A DNA stretch of 12,846 nucleotides from a virus, in UHGV virus genome UHGV-0072830, one strand, 5' to 3'. The notes below the pieces were generated by a model. That model was not told where the DNA came from, made no database searches, and worked only from the letters and a program-made list of their open reading frames with translations. The first letter of the stretch is position 1, and each line of letters begins with the position of its first letter. Below, piece after piece: positions 1 through 7,207 of this stretch. The position numbers were made by a program, and so were the translations under genes.

Positions 1-6
1 AAACTT

Positions 7-525
7 TTACTGGCGAAGGTCATCCGCCCCCCTGATATTCCAGATAGCCATTTCCACTTCGCGACGGTTCATCAGTCCTTTCCATTTATGGCCTGCGGCA
101 AACACCCAGCGGGCCATCTGGTCACGCGCTCCGGCGTAATCACCGGCATTGAGTTTTTTCAGCAGCGTTGATTTACTGAATGCGGTAACACCGGTGTTGA
201 AAATAAACGTTGCCAGCGCCGTTTTCTGATATGGCGTCAGCGGCACCCTGACAAGACGATCGATTGCCGCATAAACCGGTTTTAAATCACTGTCGAGGAG
301 AGCCATACACTCCGCATGGCTGTAACGGCGCATTTCGATATCCGGCCCGGTATGCCCCACACAGACCGAAAGCACACCGCCAATATCGCGGTAAGGCATA
401 TAAGCGATATTTTCCAGGTGGATCAGAGACTGACGGGTCATTTCCTGATAACCACCCACACCGCCACCGGCAATCGTTACAGCCAGCAGTGTGGCTTTCA
501 GTTTTTTTGGTATCCCCGCCATCAT
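7..525 (-). CDS. lys: Endolysin with N-terminal signal-arrest-release (SAR) hydrophobic segment (KKLKATLLAVTIAGGGVGGYQ); phage lysozyme
   Basis: 172-aa ORF, ATG at 525. Gly/Ala-rich hydrophobic N-terminus typical of SAR endolysins. Position immediately after C as in Mu. Weak SD (GGAAG). Confidence 0.8.
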   Translation of the reverse strand: MMAGIPKKLKATLLAVTIAGGGVGGYQEMTRQSLIHLENIAYMPYRDIGGVLSVCVGHTGPDIEMRRYSHAECMALLDSDLKPVYAAIDRLVRVPLTPYQKTALATFIFNTGVTAFSKSTLLKKLNAGDYAGARDQMARWVFAAGHKWKGLMNRREVEMAIWNIRGADDLRQ

Positions 526-596
526 GCTTCCCTGAAAAAATGCTCTGATGGCAGTCTAAAAAATCAGGTGGCAGGTGCGGGATTATGGTGACAGGA

Positions 597-621
597 AATA
601 ACCGGCAGGATGCCGGTTATT
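597..621. terminator. Perfect hairpin (aataaccggca-gga-tgccggttatt) overlapping the C stop codon; possible middle-transcript terminator, T-rich tail on both strands
   Basis: 11-bp perfect inverted repeat with 3-nt loop read directly from sequence. Followed by TATTT on the phage strand and TTTTGGGCTTT on the plus strand. Confidence 0.45.
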
Positions 622-1039
622 TTGGGCTTTCAGGTGAGAACAGATCAGGCTGATGACGTCGTGTATGCAGCTTTCTCTGGCGGGCAATAATCTGGTAGAT
701 CTGCGGCTGGGACAGGCGGTACTGGCGACGCAGTTCTTCCATGTTACGACCATTAAACTGGCAGTAAAGCAAATCGTCGCGTAACGCGGTCAGGATCGTA
801 TCGCCGCAGGGGATGTAAAACTGCCGTCCACCCAGAAAACAGGACAGGGCAACGGCCTGTTTACGGGCAAGTTCACGGGGATTGCTGACGTTCTGGCGTT
901 TCAGTTCGTTTTCCAGAACATCAATCAGATCAACCACCGAACGGGGCCAGCGTGATTCCAGTTCCGGGGCCGGGATGTTATCAATATGTCCGATTAACTG
1001 GCGAATTGCCGGATCGTGTTCAAATAAATCATGCTGCAT
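617..1039 (-). CDS. C: Late transcription activator C (Mor/C family)
   Basis: 140-aa ORF with SD GGGGGA upstream of ATG. C-terminal half shares motifs with the Mor ORF in this window (GG.Q.YIP.G, FNGRN..EL). Position upstream of lys. Confidence 0.8.
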   Translation of the reverse strand: MQHDLFEHDPAIRQLIGHIDNIPAPELESRWPRSVVDLIDVLENELKRQNVSNPRELARKQAVALSCFLGGRQFYIPCGDTILTALRDDLLYCQFNGRNMEELRRQYRLSQPQIYQIIARQRKLHTRRHQPDLFSPESPK

Positions 1040-1151
1040 ATTTTCCCCCGGTTAACAGACAAAAAGATACACCACGGCACTGATGGTTATCAAAACCACA
1101 AGGGCAATCACTTTTATCGCATTAATCAGCGTGGACGGCCCGAAACATTCA

Positions 1152-1436
1152 TCACTGAATTTTCTGTACACAATATTTTTCCTTATAACGTTGACAGTGG
1201 TGAAGAATTTCCGGCATATCAACTGACTGCCAGCCTTTCATGTAATAACTGCCGTGGGTGCCATCGTGCCCTGTGTAATCCATTGGCTTTGGTGGTGGGC
1301 CTCCGGCCTCCCGATGTAATACCTCCTGTCGTAAACGTTCACGCCTGCCGAACTGAAAGGACGCATCCCACCCTTTACCCATGCAGAACCTCCCGACAGG
1401 CGCTGGCGAGCAGATCCAGACGGTTAAACCAGCCAT
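1152..1436 (-). CDS. Hypothetical small ORF in middle operon; real start and reality uncertain (possible internal ATG at 1283)
   Basis: 94-aa ORF from the track overlaps the 3' end of the upstream gene by 62 nt and has no convincing SD. It fills an otherwise unexplained 335-bp gap between the GH108-like gene and C. Confidence 0.25.
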   Translation of the reverse strand: MAGLTVWICSPAPVGRFCMGKGWDASFQFGRRERLRQEVLHREAGGPPPKPMDYTGHDGTHGSYYMKGWQSVDMPEILHHCQRYKEKYCVQKIQ

Positions 1437-1935
1437 TCAGATATTTCCCCTGCGAGGCACTGGATTTGATAATCCCTGCGTAATAGCGGGAACGACGCAG
1501 GAAGCACTGCAACAGCAGCCAGTCAGTATCGGCACGCAGAACGGCTGCGCGTGTGTTTTTACCGACGATGCCATCATCATCAACACCTGCTGCCGCCTGG
1601 AGGATCTGAATCGCGCGTTTAACACCGTGCTGAACGGCAGCATCAAAAACGAATAAGGAAACGCCATCAGGCCATTCGTTACACTTTGCCGCCAGCCAGT
1701 AATCACGCCAGTAGATCTGCGCCGCCTGCTCGCGGGTTAAATCCTTAATGCGGGTATCAGGTTTTCCGTCACCGTTAACATCGGTTTTGCCATCAATAAC
1801 GCCGTCGCGACGGTCAGAAATACCGTATTTCGTTTCGCCGCCACGGTCGGCAGGATCATTAACATAGCCACCTTCAACATCAGGGCGTATAACGAAATTC
1901 AGCGAATGAAGGAATGCAGGGGAAAACTCAGGCAT
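1375..1935 (-). CDS. GH108-family-like muramidase with C-terminal peptidoglycan-binding-like domain
   Basis: 186-aa ORF, ATG at 1935 preceded by a perfect AGGAGG SD. N-terminal EGGYVNDPADRGGETKYGI motif is characteristic of GH108 lysozymes. C-terminal GWFNR-type motif resembles the associated PG-binding domain. Family assignment from memory, not searched. Confidence 0.7.
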   Translation of the reverse strand: MPEFSPAFLHSLNFVIRPDVEGGYVNDPADRGGETKYGISDRRDGVIDGKTDVNGDGKPDTRIKDLTREQAAQIYWRDYWLAAKCNEWPDGVSLFVFDAAVQHGVKRAIQILQAAAGVDDDGIVGKNTRAAVLRADTDWLLLQCFLRRSRYYAGIIKSSASQGKYLNGWFNRLDLLASACREVLHG

Positions 1936-1987
1936 GTTGCCCTCCTGTCATGAACGTTTTATCGTCACAACAGAATATTGAGGGCGT

Positions 1988-2010
1988 AAAAAAAGCCGGA
2001 TTAACCGGCT
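1988..2010 (-). terminator. Rho-independent terminator directly after mor (early-operon terminator)
   Basis: On the phage strand: AGCCGG-UUAAU-CCGGCU followed by UUUUUUA, preceded by an A-tract. Starts 8 nt after the mor stop codon. Confidence 0.7.
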
Positions 2011-2017
2011 TTACTGT

Positions 2018-2407
2018 TTAAAACAAAGGGGGGGAATACTGACGATACTTTATACGCCGCATTCGTCGGATGGCTTTATAGACTGTGTTAAATGTCACAC
2101 CATGACGGATTGCCAGTTCGTGAACATTGCGACCGTTGAAATCATTCCAGATACGCAAATCCCGAATAAGCGAATCCAGAACCTGACCGCGTGGAATGTA
2201 GACCTGACCGCCGCCCAGATGCTTACAGATAGCCACAACAATCTCCAGTGAATGGGCCGGGTCAACACCTAACCGGGACAATTCCCCGCGCAGTAAATCG
2301 TTCAGCTCCGCCAGCAGTGCCGGAAAGCGTGACGTATCCTCTGCGGGATTGTCAAGATGTGCCAGGATGGTGTCATCCTGCAAATCACCAAATAAATCTT
2401 CCGTCAT
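2018..2407 (-). CDS. mor: Middle operon regulator Mor (Mor/C family transcription activator)
   Basis: 129-aa ORF. ATG overlaps the gemA stop (ATGA). C-terminal HTH region is paralogous to the C ORF. Size and position match Mu mor (recollection). Confidence 0.85.
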   Translation of the reverse strand: MTEDLFGDLQDDTILAHLDNPAEDTSRFPALLAELNDLLRGELSRLGVDPAHSLEIVVAICKHLGGGQVYIPRGQVLDSLIRDLRIWNDFNGRNVHELAIRHGVTFNTVYKAIRRMRRIKYRQYSPPLF

Positions 2408-2955
2408 TGTGCCATCCTCCGTGTCTTTCTGGCACGGGCATAAGCCGCCGTCATGGCATCATAGCCGCGCAGTTCACGCCCGGACGGACTGACTGGCAAC
2501 GGAAGCCCGTGACGGGAAAAGGCTTCACGAATACAGCGGATATGCCACTGCTTGAGAGTTTCGAGAACAATCAACAGGGTGTCGCCATGACACCACGCCA
2601 GCGTGGAAACACCCTGTCCGCCATTACGTTTCGCCGTCAGGCGCTGAACATATTTATCCAGCGCCACATCACCGCCATCGGTAATAAAACCGTCTTCTGC
2701 CATCTGCTGCCAGACTTTGTATACCTTCTCGCGGGGCGTGACATGCCCCTTAAAGCGGCGACGTGGATGTTTATTCAGCTTCTTAAAGCCGCGTTCTTTC
2801 ATGGCATCGAGCACCTGTTCCAGTTGCGTAACCGTCAGCTCGCGGCAACTGATTTTGCCCGTTTTCTGCATCAGAAAAGCGCGGTAAGTGTCGTCGTCGA
2901 GTTGTAGCTCCCGACGGGCGACATGGATTAATTTAATCAGGGATGTGCGATTCAT
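2404..2955 (-). CDS. gemA: GemA-like early regulatory protein
   Basis: 183-aa ORF immediately upstream of and translationally coupled to mor. SD GGAGGT. Position and size as Mu gemA (recollection). Confidence 0.75.
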   Translation of the reverse strand: MNRTSLIKLIHVARRELQLDDDTYRAFLMQKTGKISCRELTVTQLEQVLDAMKERGFKKLNKHPRRRFKGHVTPREKVYKVWQQMAEDGFITDGGDVALDKYVQRLTAKRNGGQGVSTLAWCHGDTLLIVLETLKQWHIRCIREAFSRHGLPLPVSPSGRELRGYDAMTAAYARARKTRRMAQ

Positions 2956-3024
2956 GATCGTACCTCCGGAAAGAGGCGGTGCTGCAACACCGCCTGAATT
3001 TACACATCAATCAGAGAGGATTTT

Positions 3025-3291
3025 ATGGAAAATAATGTACAACCTTATGATGTTGCAGGTTATGCGATTGCATCAGCACTGGTGCGCCTTCTGGTGAAGA
3101 AGGCGATCATCACCGCAGAAGAGGGCCAGGCCATTTTCAGCTCTTCAGCAGAGATTTTAAAAGATGCGCCTGCAATAAGAACAAGCCGCCGCGAAAACAT
3201 GCAACTGTCAAAGATCATGGAAGACATTATCAGTTCGTTAGACCCAGATGCTGACGGATCTCAAAAGCCTCAAACACATGAGCGTCAGTAA
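3025..3291 (+). CDS. Candidate opposite-strand small protein (88 aa) in the early-operon gap; uncertain
   Basis: ORF with SD-like AGAGAGGA 4-5 nt before the ATG. Sits in a 274-bp gap between early genes and overlaps the convergent 3230..3532 ORF by 62 nt. No promoter identified. Confidence 0.3.
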   Translation: MENNVQPYDVAGYAIASALVRLLVKKAIITAEEGQAIFSSSAEILKDAPAIRTSRRENMQLSKIMEDIISSLDPDADGSQKPQTHERQ

Positions 3292-3532
3292 CAATATCCT
3301 GGTCTGATAACCCCAGCCTGCGGCGGATGTACTCCTCGCGGGCTGTTTCATTTTGCAGTGCCACTACTGTTTCCAGACGATTCATTTCGCGGTTGATAAT
3401 GTCACGGACTTCTCTGGCGGTGAGATTATGCTTAATACCATATTCAACGATAGCGCGAACACGTTCCAGCATCCCTTTTTCAGCCATGACGTTATCAATA
3501 TTAAGGGGAGTAAATTTATCTTCATTGTTCAT
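3230..3532 (-). CDS. Hypothetical early protein (100 aa)
   Basis: ATG at 3532 overlaps the stop of the upstream ORF (ATGA coupling). Colinear with the early operon. Confidence 0.7.
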   Translation of the reverse strand: MNNEDKFTPLNIDNVMAEKGMLERVRAIVEYGIKHNLTAREVRDIINREMNRLETVVALQNETAREEYIRRRLGLSDQDIVTDAHVFEAFEIRQHLGLTN

Positions 3533-3837
3533 TTTGCGGCCCTCAGAATAAATTCAGGATAAAATTTCAGACTCATTTGCCGTAACACATCCAGTGCAGC
3601 AACGGCTGCTGATTTATCGTTGCCATCAGCAATAGCGCGGAGATTTTCAATAATCCAGTGAGGACTCAGTGACTCAGCAATAATGCCAAACCGGTACGCC
3701 ATGACCTCATCAATAGCTTTTTCATGAGACGGCTCATATACAAAATTCACAAAGTCATGCACTTCTTTTTTCGGCAAACCACCGGCAATCAGCAGGGCGG
3801 CAAGCTCTTCTGATTTTGAAAATACACCATTATTCAT
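3529..3837 (-). CDS. Hypothetical early protein (102 aa from ATG at 3837; track ORF extends to GTG at 3852)
   Basis: ATG at 3837 preceded by AAGGTGA SD and lying 1 nt after the upstream gene stop. Confidence 0.7.
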   Translation of the reverse strand: MNNGVFSKSEELAALLIAGGLPKKEVHDFVNFVYEPSHEKAIDEVMAYRFGIIAESLSPHWIIENLRAIADGNDKSAAVAALDVLRQMSLKFYPEFILRAAK

Positions 3838-3838
3838 G

Positions 3839-4021
3839 TCACTCACCTTCACAATTCATGCACGCCGTGTCATCGCCCATATCGCAGTGGTTACATTTCT
3901 GCCCGCCACAATGAGGGCACTCTTTCAGATATTCAGGGGATTCATTACCGCAGGTCGGGCATTCCTGTTTCACCGTGGTAAATTTCCCCAGCCACGAATA
4001 CGATGTTTCATTGTTTTCCAT
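3839..4021 (-). CDS. Small Cys-rich protein with four CxxC(x)G repeats (DnaJ-like zinc-finger pattern)
   Basis: 60-aa ORF with GGAGGT SD. Motifs CPTCG, CPHCGG, CNHCDMG, CMNCEG give 8 Cys in four CxxC pairs. Confidence 0.7.
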   Translation of the reverse strand: MENNETSYSWLGKFTTVKQECPTCGNESPEYLKECPHCGGQKCNHCDMGDDTACMNCEGE

Positions 4022-4538
4022 TGTTTACCTCCGCCTGTTTTTGCGCCCGGATAAATTCGTCAGAAAGGATTTCAGTCATGCGGCCCTGTGCGGGAGTCAT
4101 CCCTGTCATGACGTAAATCACATCACCAACACGGAACCACCGGAGCGGGCCGAATATTGTTGCGCTGAAATCCAGTCCCAGTGCGGGTAAGAGAGCGTCA
4201 GTACGGGCATAAGTGACCGGAATATTCTCCTGCCATATTTTCGCCAGCTCTTTTGACTGCTCCCGCAGATGTGCAGGAATGCGCGATGTTCTTGGCCTGC
4301 AACTGTTACCTGATGCGGAGCGTTGTACAGTCCACAACTCCGGCGAGAAAGGTCGCTCATTCCCCGGAAAATTCACGCCATGAAAATGACGCCCACCAAT
4401 ACCTGTGCTGAATACTGACCGGCAACCACAACCCAGAACCTTATCAAGATGGCGGGCTTCTTCGCGTAGTTTCAGGCAGTCCGCCATAAACTGGTCCCAT
4501 GCCAGCAGTGCTGCGGGATTTGACGTTTTAAAAAACAT
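4008..4538 (-). CDS. Hypothetical early protein (176 aa from ATG at 4538; track ORF starts at TTG 4577)
   Basis: ATG at 4538 overlaps the upstream stop (ATGA) and is preceded by an AGGAGG SD. Confidence 0.7.
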   Translation of the reverse strand: MFFKTSNPAALLAWDQFMADCLKLREEARHLDKVLGCGCRSVFSTGIGGRHFHGVNFPGNERPFSPELWTVQRSASGNSCRPRTSRIPAHLREQSKELAKIWQENIPVTYARTDALLPALGLDFSATIFGPLRWFRVGDVIYVMTGMTPAQGRMTEILSDEFIRAQKQAEVNNGKQ

Positions 4539-5068
4539 CACGCCACCTCCTGCACCGCTGCGGGAGCCGGAGAACAATCAAGAATGAGATAACGCAGTAC
4601 ATGGTCGGTGATATTCCAGGCGCTGGAACTGCAAATAAAACGCCCCAGCCGGATATCGATATAAGCCATCACAAAACGGGGCATTCCCTGTTCGCACATT
4701 CTGTTATCCACCTCAGCAACAATGTGAACTGACTCACAGGTCAGCACGCCCGTCGCAAACTCTTTTGCCAGCGCGGGGATGGTATTACCTTCCACCCAGG
4801 GTAATGAGCGACGCCAGTTGCACCACACCGCATCATCAACAGCAGGCTGCTCAGTTGCGTTTCGTCTTACAGGCGGCGTCGGACGCGGGCGCGGAACGTC
4901 ATAAAATCCGTTGCATTCGGTGAGCACTCCGGCATCAACCGCATCACGCAGGAAATACACCATTGACGAGGGCAGCATATTCATTTTTTCAGCCAGAACT
5001 CCGCAGGTCAGGCGTCCGTAAGCCCGTAATAATGTGCTGACACCATTCAGAATTTTTGCATCAACCAT
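4538..5068 (-). CDS. Hypothetical early protein (176 aa), Pro-rich linker between two domains
   Basis: ATG at 5068 with GAGGA SD. Internal PRPRPTPPVRR linker. Confidence 0.7.
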   Translation of the reverse strand: MVDAKILNGVSTLLRAYGRLTCGVLAEKMNMLPSSMVYFLRDAVDAGVLTECNGFYDVPRPRPTPPVRRNATEQPAVDDAVWCNWRRSLPWVEGNTIPALAKEFATGVLTCESVHIVAEVDNRMCEQGMPRFVMAYIDIRLGRFICSSSAWNITDHVLRYLILDCSPAPAAVQEVA

Positions 5069-5166
5069 GTTTTATTCCTCAGTAATCTGTTTCAGGCGCG
5101 AGCAATCCCCTGACGTATCGCGCCATAATTAAAAGAATGTGAATTAATTAAATATTAATGGTGGTA

Positions 5167-5691
5167 TTAAATACCGGCTTCCTGTTCAAATGGAATAATA
5201 GAAAAATCCTCAATGCCTGATTTAACTGTAATTCCGGCAACGCCTGCGACCGCTTTCGGTTCCAGTAAAATCGCTTCCTTGTTGATTTCCTGCTTCGTGC
5301 GAATAAAGCGTTGCAGGCCAAGACGCTCCAGCGTTTCCATCACTGCATCCATACCACGAATACTTACTGATGGCGGACGGACCCGCCACGATACATCACC
5401 GGTGACAAGATTCGCCGTCTTCACTTTGCCGCCGTTCGTCAGTTCGTCGCGGTTCGCTTCACACCATCCCTGAACGCCTTTTGAAAGGGTTTCAATATCG
5501 GTTTTAATCGGTGCAATCCGGGCTGCAAATTTCTCCGTAATTTCCGCGATGGCATCATTCATTTCCGTTTCCAGACGTGATGCTTCGCGCTGTAAATCCC
5601 CGATGCGTTTAATATCGGTAATCACCGCATCGCGGTTTTGTGGCACATAAGCCGCTGCGGCACTTTTGATACGTTTTGCTGGTTTAGCCAT
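5167..5691 (-). CDS. gam: Host-nuclease inhibitor Gam (Ku-like DNA-end-binding protein)
   Basis: 174-aa ORF with AGGAG SD. Sequence (MAKPAKRIKSAAAAYVPQNRDAV...) matches my recollection of Mu Gam. Not verified by search. Confidence 0.88.
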   Translation of the reverse strand: MAKPAKRIKSAAAAYVPQNRDAVITDIKRIGDLQREASRLETEMNDAIAEITEKFAARIAPIKTDIETLSKGVQGWCEANRDELTNGGKVKTANLVTGDVSWRVRPPSVSIRGMDAVMETLERLGLQRFIRTKQEINKEAILLEPKAVAGVAGITVKSGIEDFSIIPFEQEAGI

Positions 5692-5710
5692 AAATTAAAG
5701 CTCCTGTTAA

Positions 5711-5998
5711 TTAATATCCGCTGTATACAATGCTGGATACAGCTCGATTGCTTAATTCCATCTTTCGGGCAATGACATGAATATCCAGTCCTTCTTTATA
5801 AAGTTCACGACATAAATATTTGTCGTGTTCACTGATTCGGTATACACACAATGATATTCCGTGCCTTCTGGCATGTGCCCGGAGGGCGGTTGTGGCGACT
5901 TTCAGTTTTTCCGCCATTTCTTCAATGGTCATTTTCCCGACGTTGGCTTCGATAAATTCCCGGTCTTCGCGTGACCAGCGCTTACGATTACACTTCAT
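5711..5998 (-). CDS. Putative DNA-binding early protein with two HTH-like segments (95 aa from ATG at 5998; track start 6010)
   Basis: GGTGA SD before ATG 5998. Segments TIEEMAEKLKVATTALRAHARRHGIS and a LuxR/GerE-like pattern near the C-terminus. Confidence 0.65.
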   Translation of the reverse strand: MKCNRKRWSREDREFIEANVGKMTIEEMAEKLKVATTALRAHARRHGISLCVYRISEHDKYLCRELYKEGLDIHVIARKMELSNRAVSSIVYSGY

Positions 5999-6010
5999 GT
6001 CAGTCACCAT

Positions 6011-6430
6011 TCAGTACAGCAGAGGCTCGCGCAGTGATGCCGGAATATGCCGCAGCGATAACTGAACCGCTTTCAGGGCAAGCGAGGAATAACAGCAGCG
6101 CGCCCAGCCTTTTGCCATTAACCGGTAATCGCGCCAGATACGCTGCCACATTTCACGGGCTTCAGGGTCTGATGCGCAGATGTATTCCCGGTCCATGACG
6201 TACTCCCATAAATCCACGTTGAACGCACCGCCAAATGCAATGGCGCGGGATATGCTTTCGCCGCAATAACGTGCACAGATGCTGTAATGGTCGAAAGCAA
6301 TCAGGTAAGTCTTTTCACCACAATCATCAACTTTCCGGGCGCAAATAAACTCGCGTAATTCACCACCGTTGTTATTGCGTTCCTGAATTCGGATTAATGC
6401 CTGAATTTCATTTCGGATTTTGACGTTCAT
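6011..6430 (-). CDS. Hypothetical early protein (139 aa)
   Basis: ATG at 6430 with AAGGAA SD. Stop abuts the next gene's start. Confidence 0.7.
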   Translation of the reverse strand: MNVKIRNEIQALIRIQERNNNGGELREFICARKVDDCGEKTYLIAFDHYSICARYCGESISRAIAFGGAFNVDLWEYVMDREYICASDPEAREMWQRIWRDYRLMAKGWARCCYSSLALKAVQLSLRHIPASLREPLLY

Positions 6431-6450
6431 TGTCAGCGTTCCTTTGCGAA

Positions 6451-6720
6451 TTAATGTTTAACCGCATTCACCGGATGTGGTACTAAATCACATTCAGCTT
6501 CCATACCCACTTTCTTCATAGTGGTCAGCATCTCATCTTTGGCCTTTTTAATAATTTCAGGAGCCATAGTCAGGACGATATTTGCCAGTAAATCATGAGG
6601 CCCGATATTTTCCGTTGGCGAGATATCTGCAAGACATGCTTTTGCATCCAGAACTTCTCTGCGCCCATTGCAACCGTCACTACTTTCCAGCCATGTAAAC
6701 TCAAAGATAACTTTTGCCAT
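6451..6720 (-). CDS. Hypothetical early protein (89 aa)
   Basis: ATG at 6720 with AAGGAG SD. Confidence 0.7.
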   Translation of the reverse strand: MAKVIFEFTWLESSDGCNGRREVLDAKACLADISPTENIGPHDLLANIVLTMAPEIIKKAKDEMLTTMKKVGMEAECDLVPHPVNAVKH

Positions 6721-6731
6721 TTTGCGTCTCC

Positions 6732-6962
6732 TTATTGATTCTGAATAACTGCGCTGGCTTTTACCTTCGCGCCTTTTACCTGCTTAAAGAAAACCGCGCT
6801 GCACCACGGACAACATGCAAAGGAGTCCCATACTTCATTTTCTGGTGAGCATTGCGTCATAATTTGCTCTTTGCATTTGGGGCAATTAAATGCAGTCAGA
6901 GCCACATTGTTATTCTGTACCCGTTTAACCCATTCAATATATTTTTCAGCTTTAGTACACAT
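6732..6962 (-). CDS. Small Cys-rich zinc-ribbon-like early protein (76 aa from ATG at 6962; track start TTG 6986)
   Basis: ATG at 6962 with GGAGA SD, 2 nt after the kil stop. Motifs CPKC ... CCPWC. Confidence 0.65.
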   Translation of the reverse strand: MCTKAEKYIEWVKRVQNNNVALTAFNCPKCKEQIMTQCSPENEVWDSFACCPWCSAVFFKQVKGAKVKASAVIQNQ

Positions 6963-6964
6963 CG

Positions 6965-7192
6965 TTATCTCCAGATAATCTGGCAACCATTAAGACGGGC
7001 CGTCCATACAGAACGGGCCACCCCGGACTTATGCTCCATAATTCTGACCGCGTTTTTTACCAGTTCCACCGGTGGGTAAGTGATTTCAAGAATCGGACGC
7101 GCCACGCCGAGATATGATTCATTTACATGACTCCCGCGCGCCTGTAACCAGTTCTGCGCATCCGTTGCCATTTTTATATTTCGGGCCATCAT
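6965..7192 (-). CDS. kil: Kil-like protein (first gene after B)
   Basis: 75-aa ORF with AAGGAG SD overlapping the end of B. Assignment is by position and size only (Mu kil directly follows B). Confidence 0.6.
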
Positions 7193-7207
7193 AATTTCTT
7201 CTCCTTC

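Noticed and set aside
1052-1111. Tiny hydrophobic ORF (about 19 aa, VIALVVLITISAVVYLFVC) ending just before the C gene SD
   Set aside because: GTG start without SD and too short to support from sequence alone; could be chance.
3060-3227. 55-aa phage-strand ORF (MSSMIFDSCMFSRRLV…) filling the early-operon gap
   Set aside because: Not called as a feature because it has no SD and an unconvincing composition, but kept as an alternative in the gap finding since it is on the operon strand.
5721-5742. CTGT…ACAG inverted repeat resembling a LexA box
   Set aside because: The spacing is CTGT-N14-ACAG, not the N8 of SOS boxes, and it lies inside a coding sequence.
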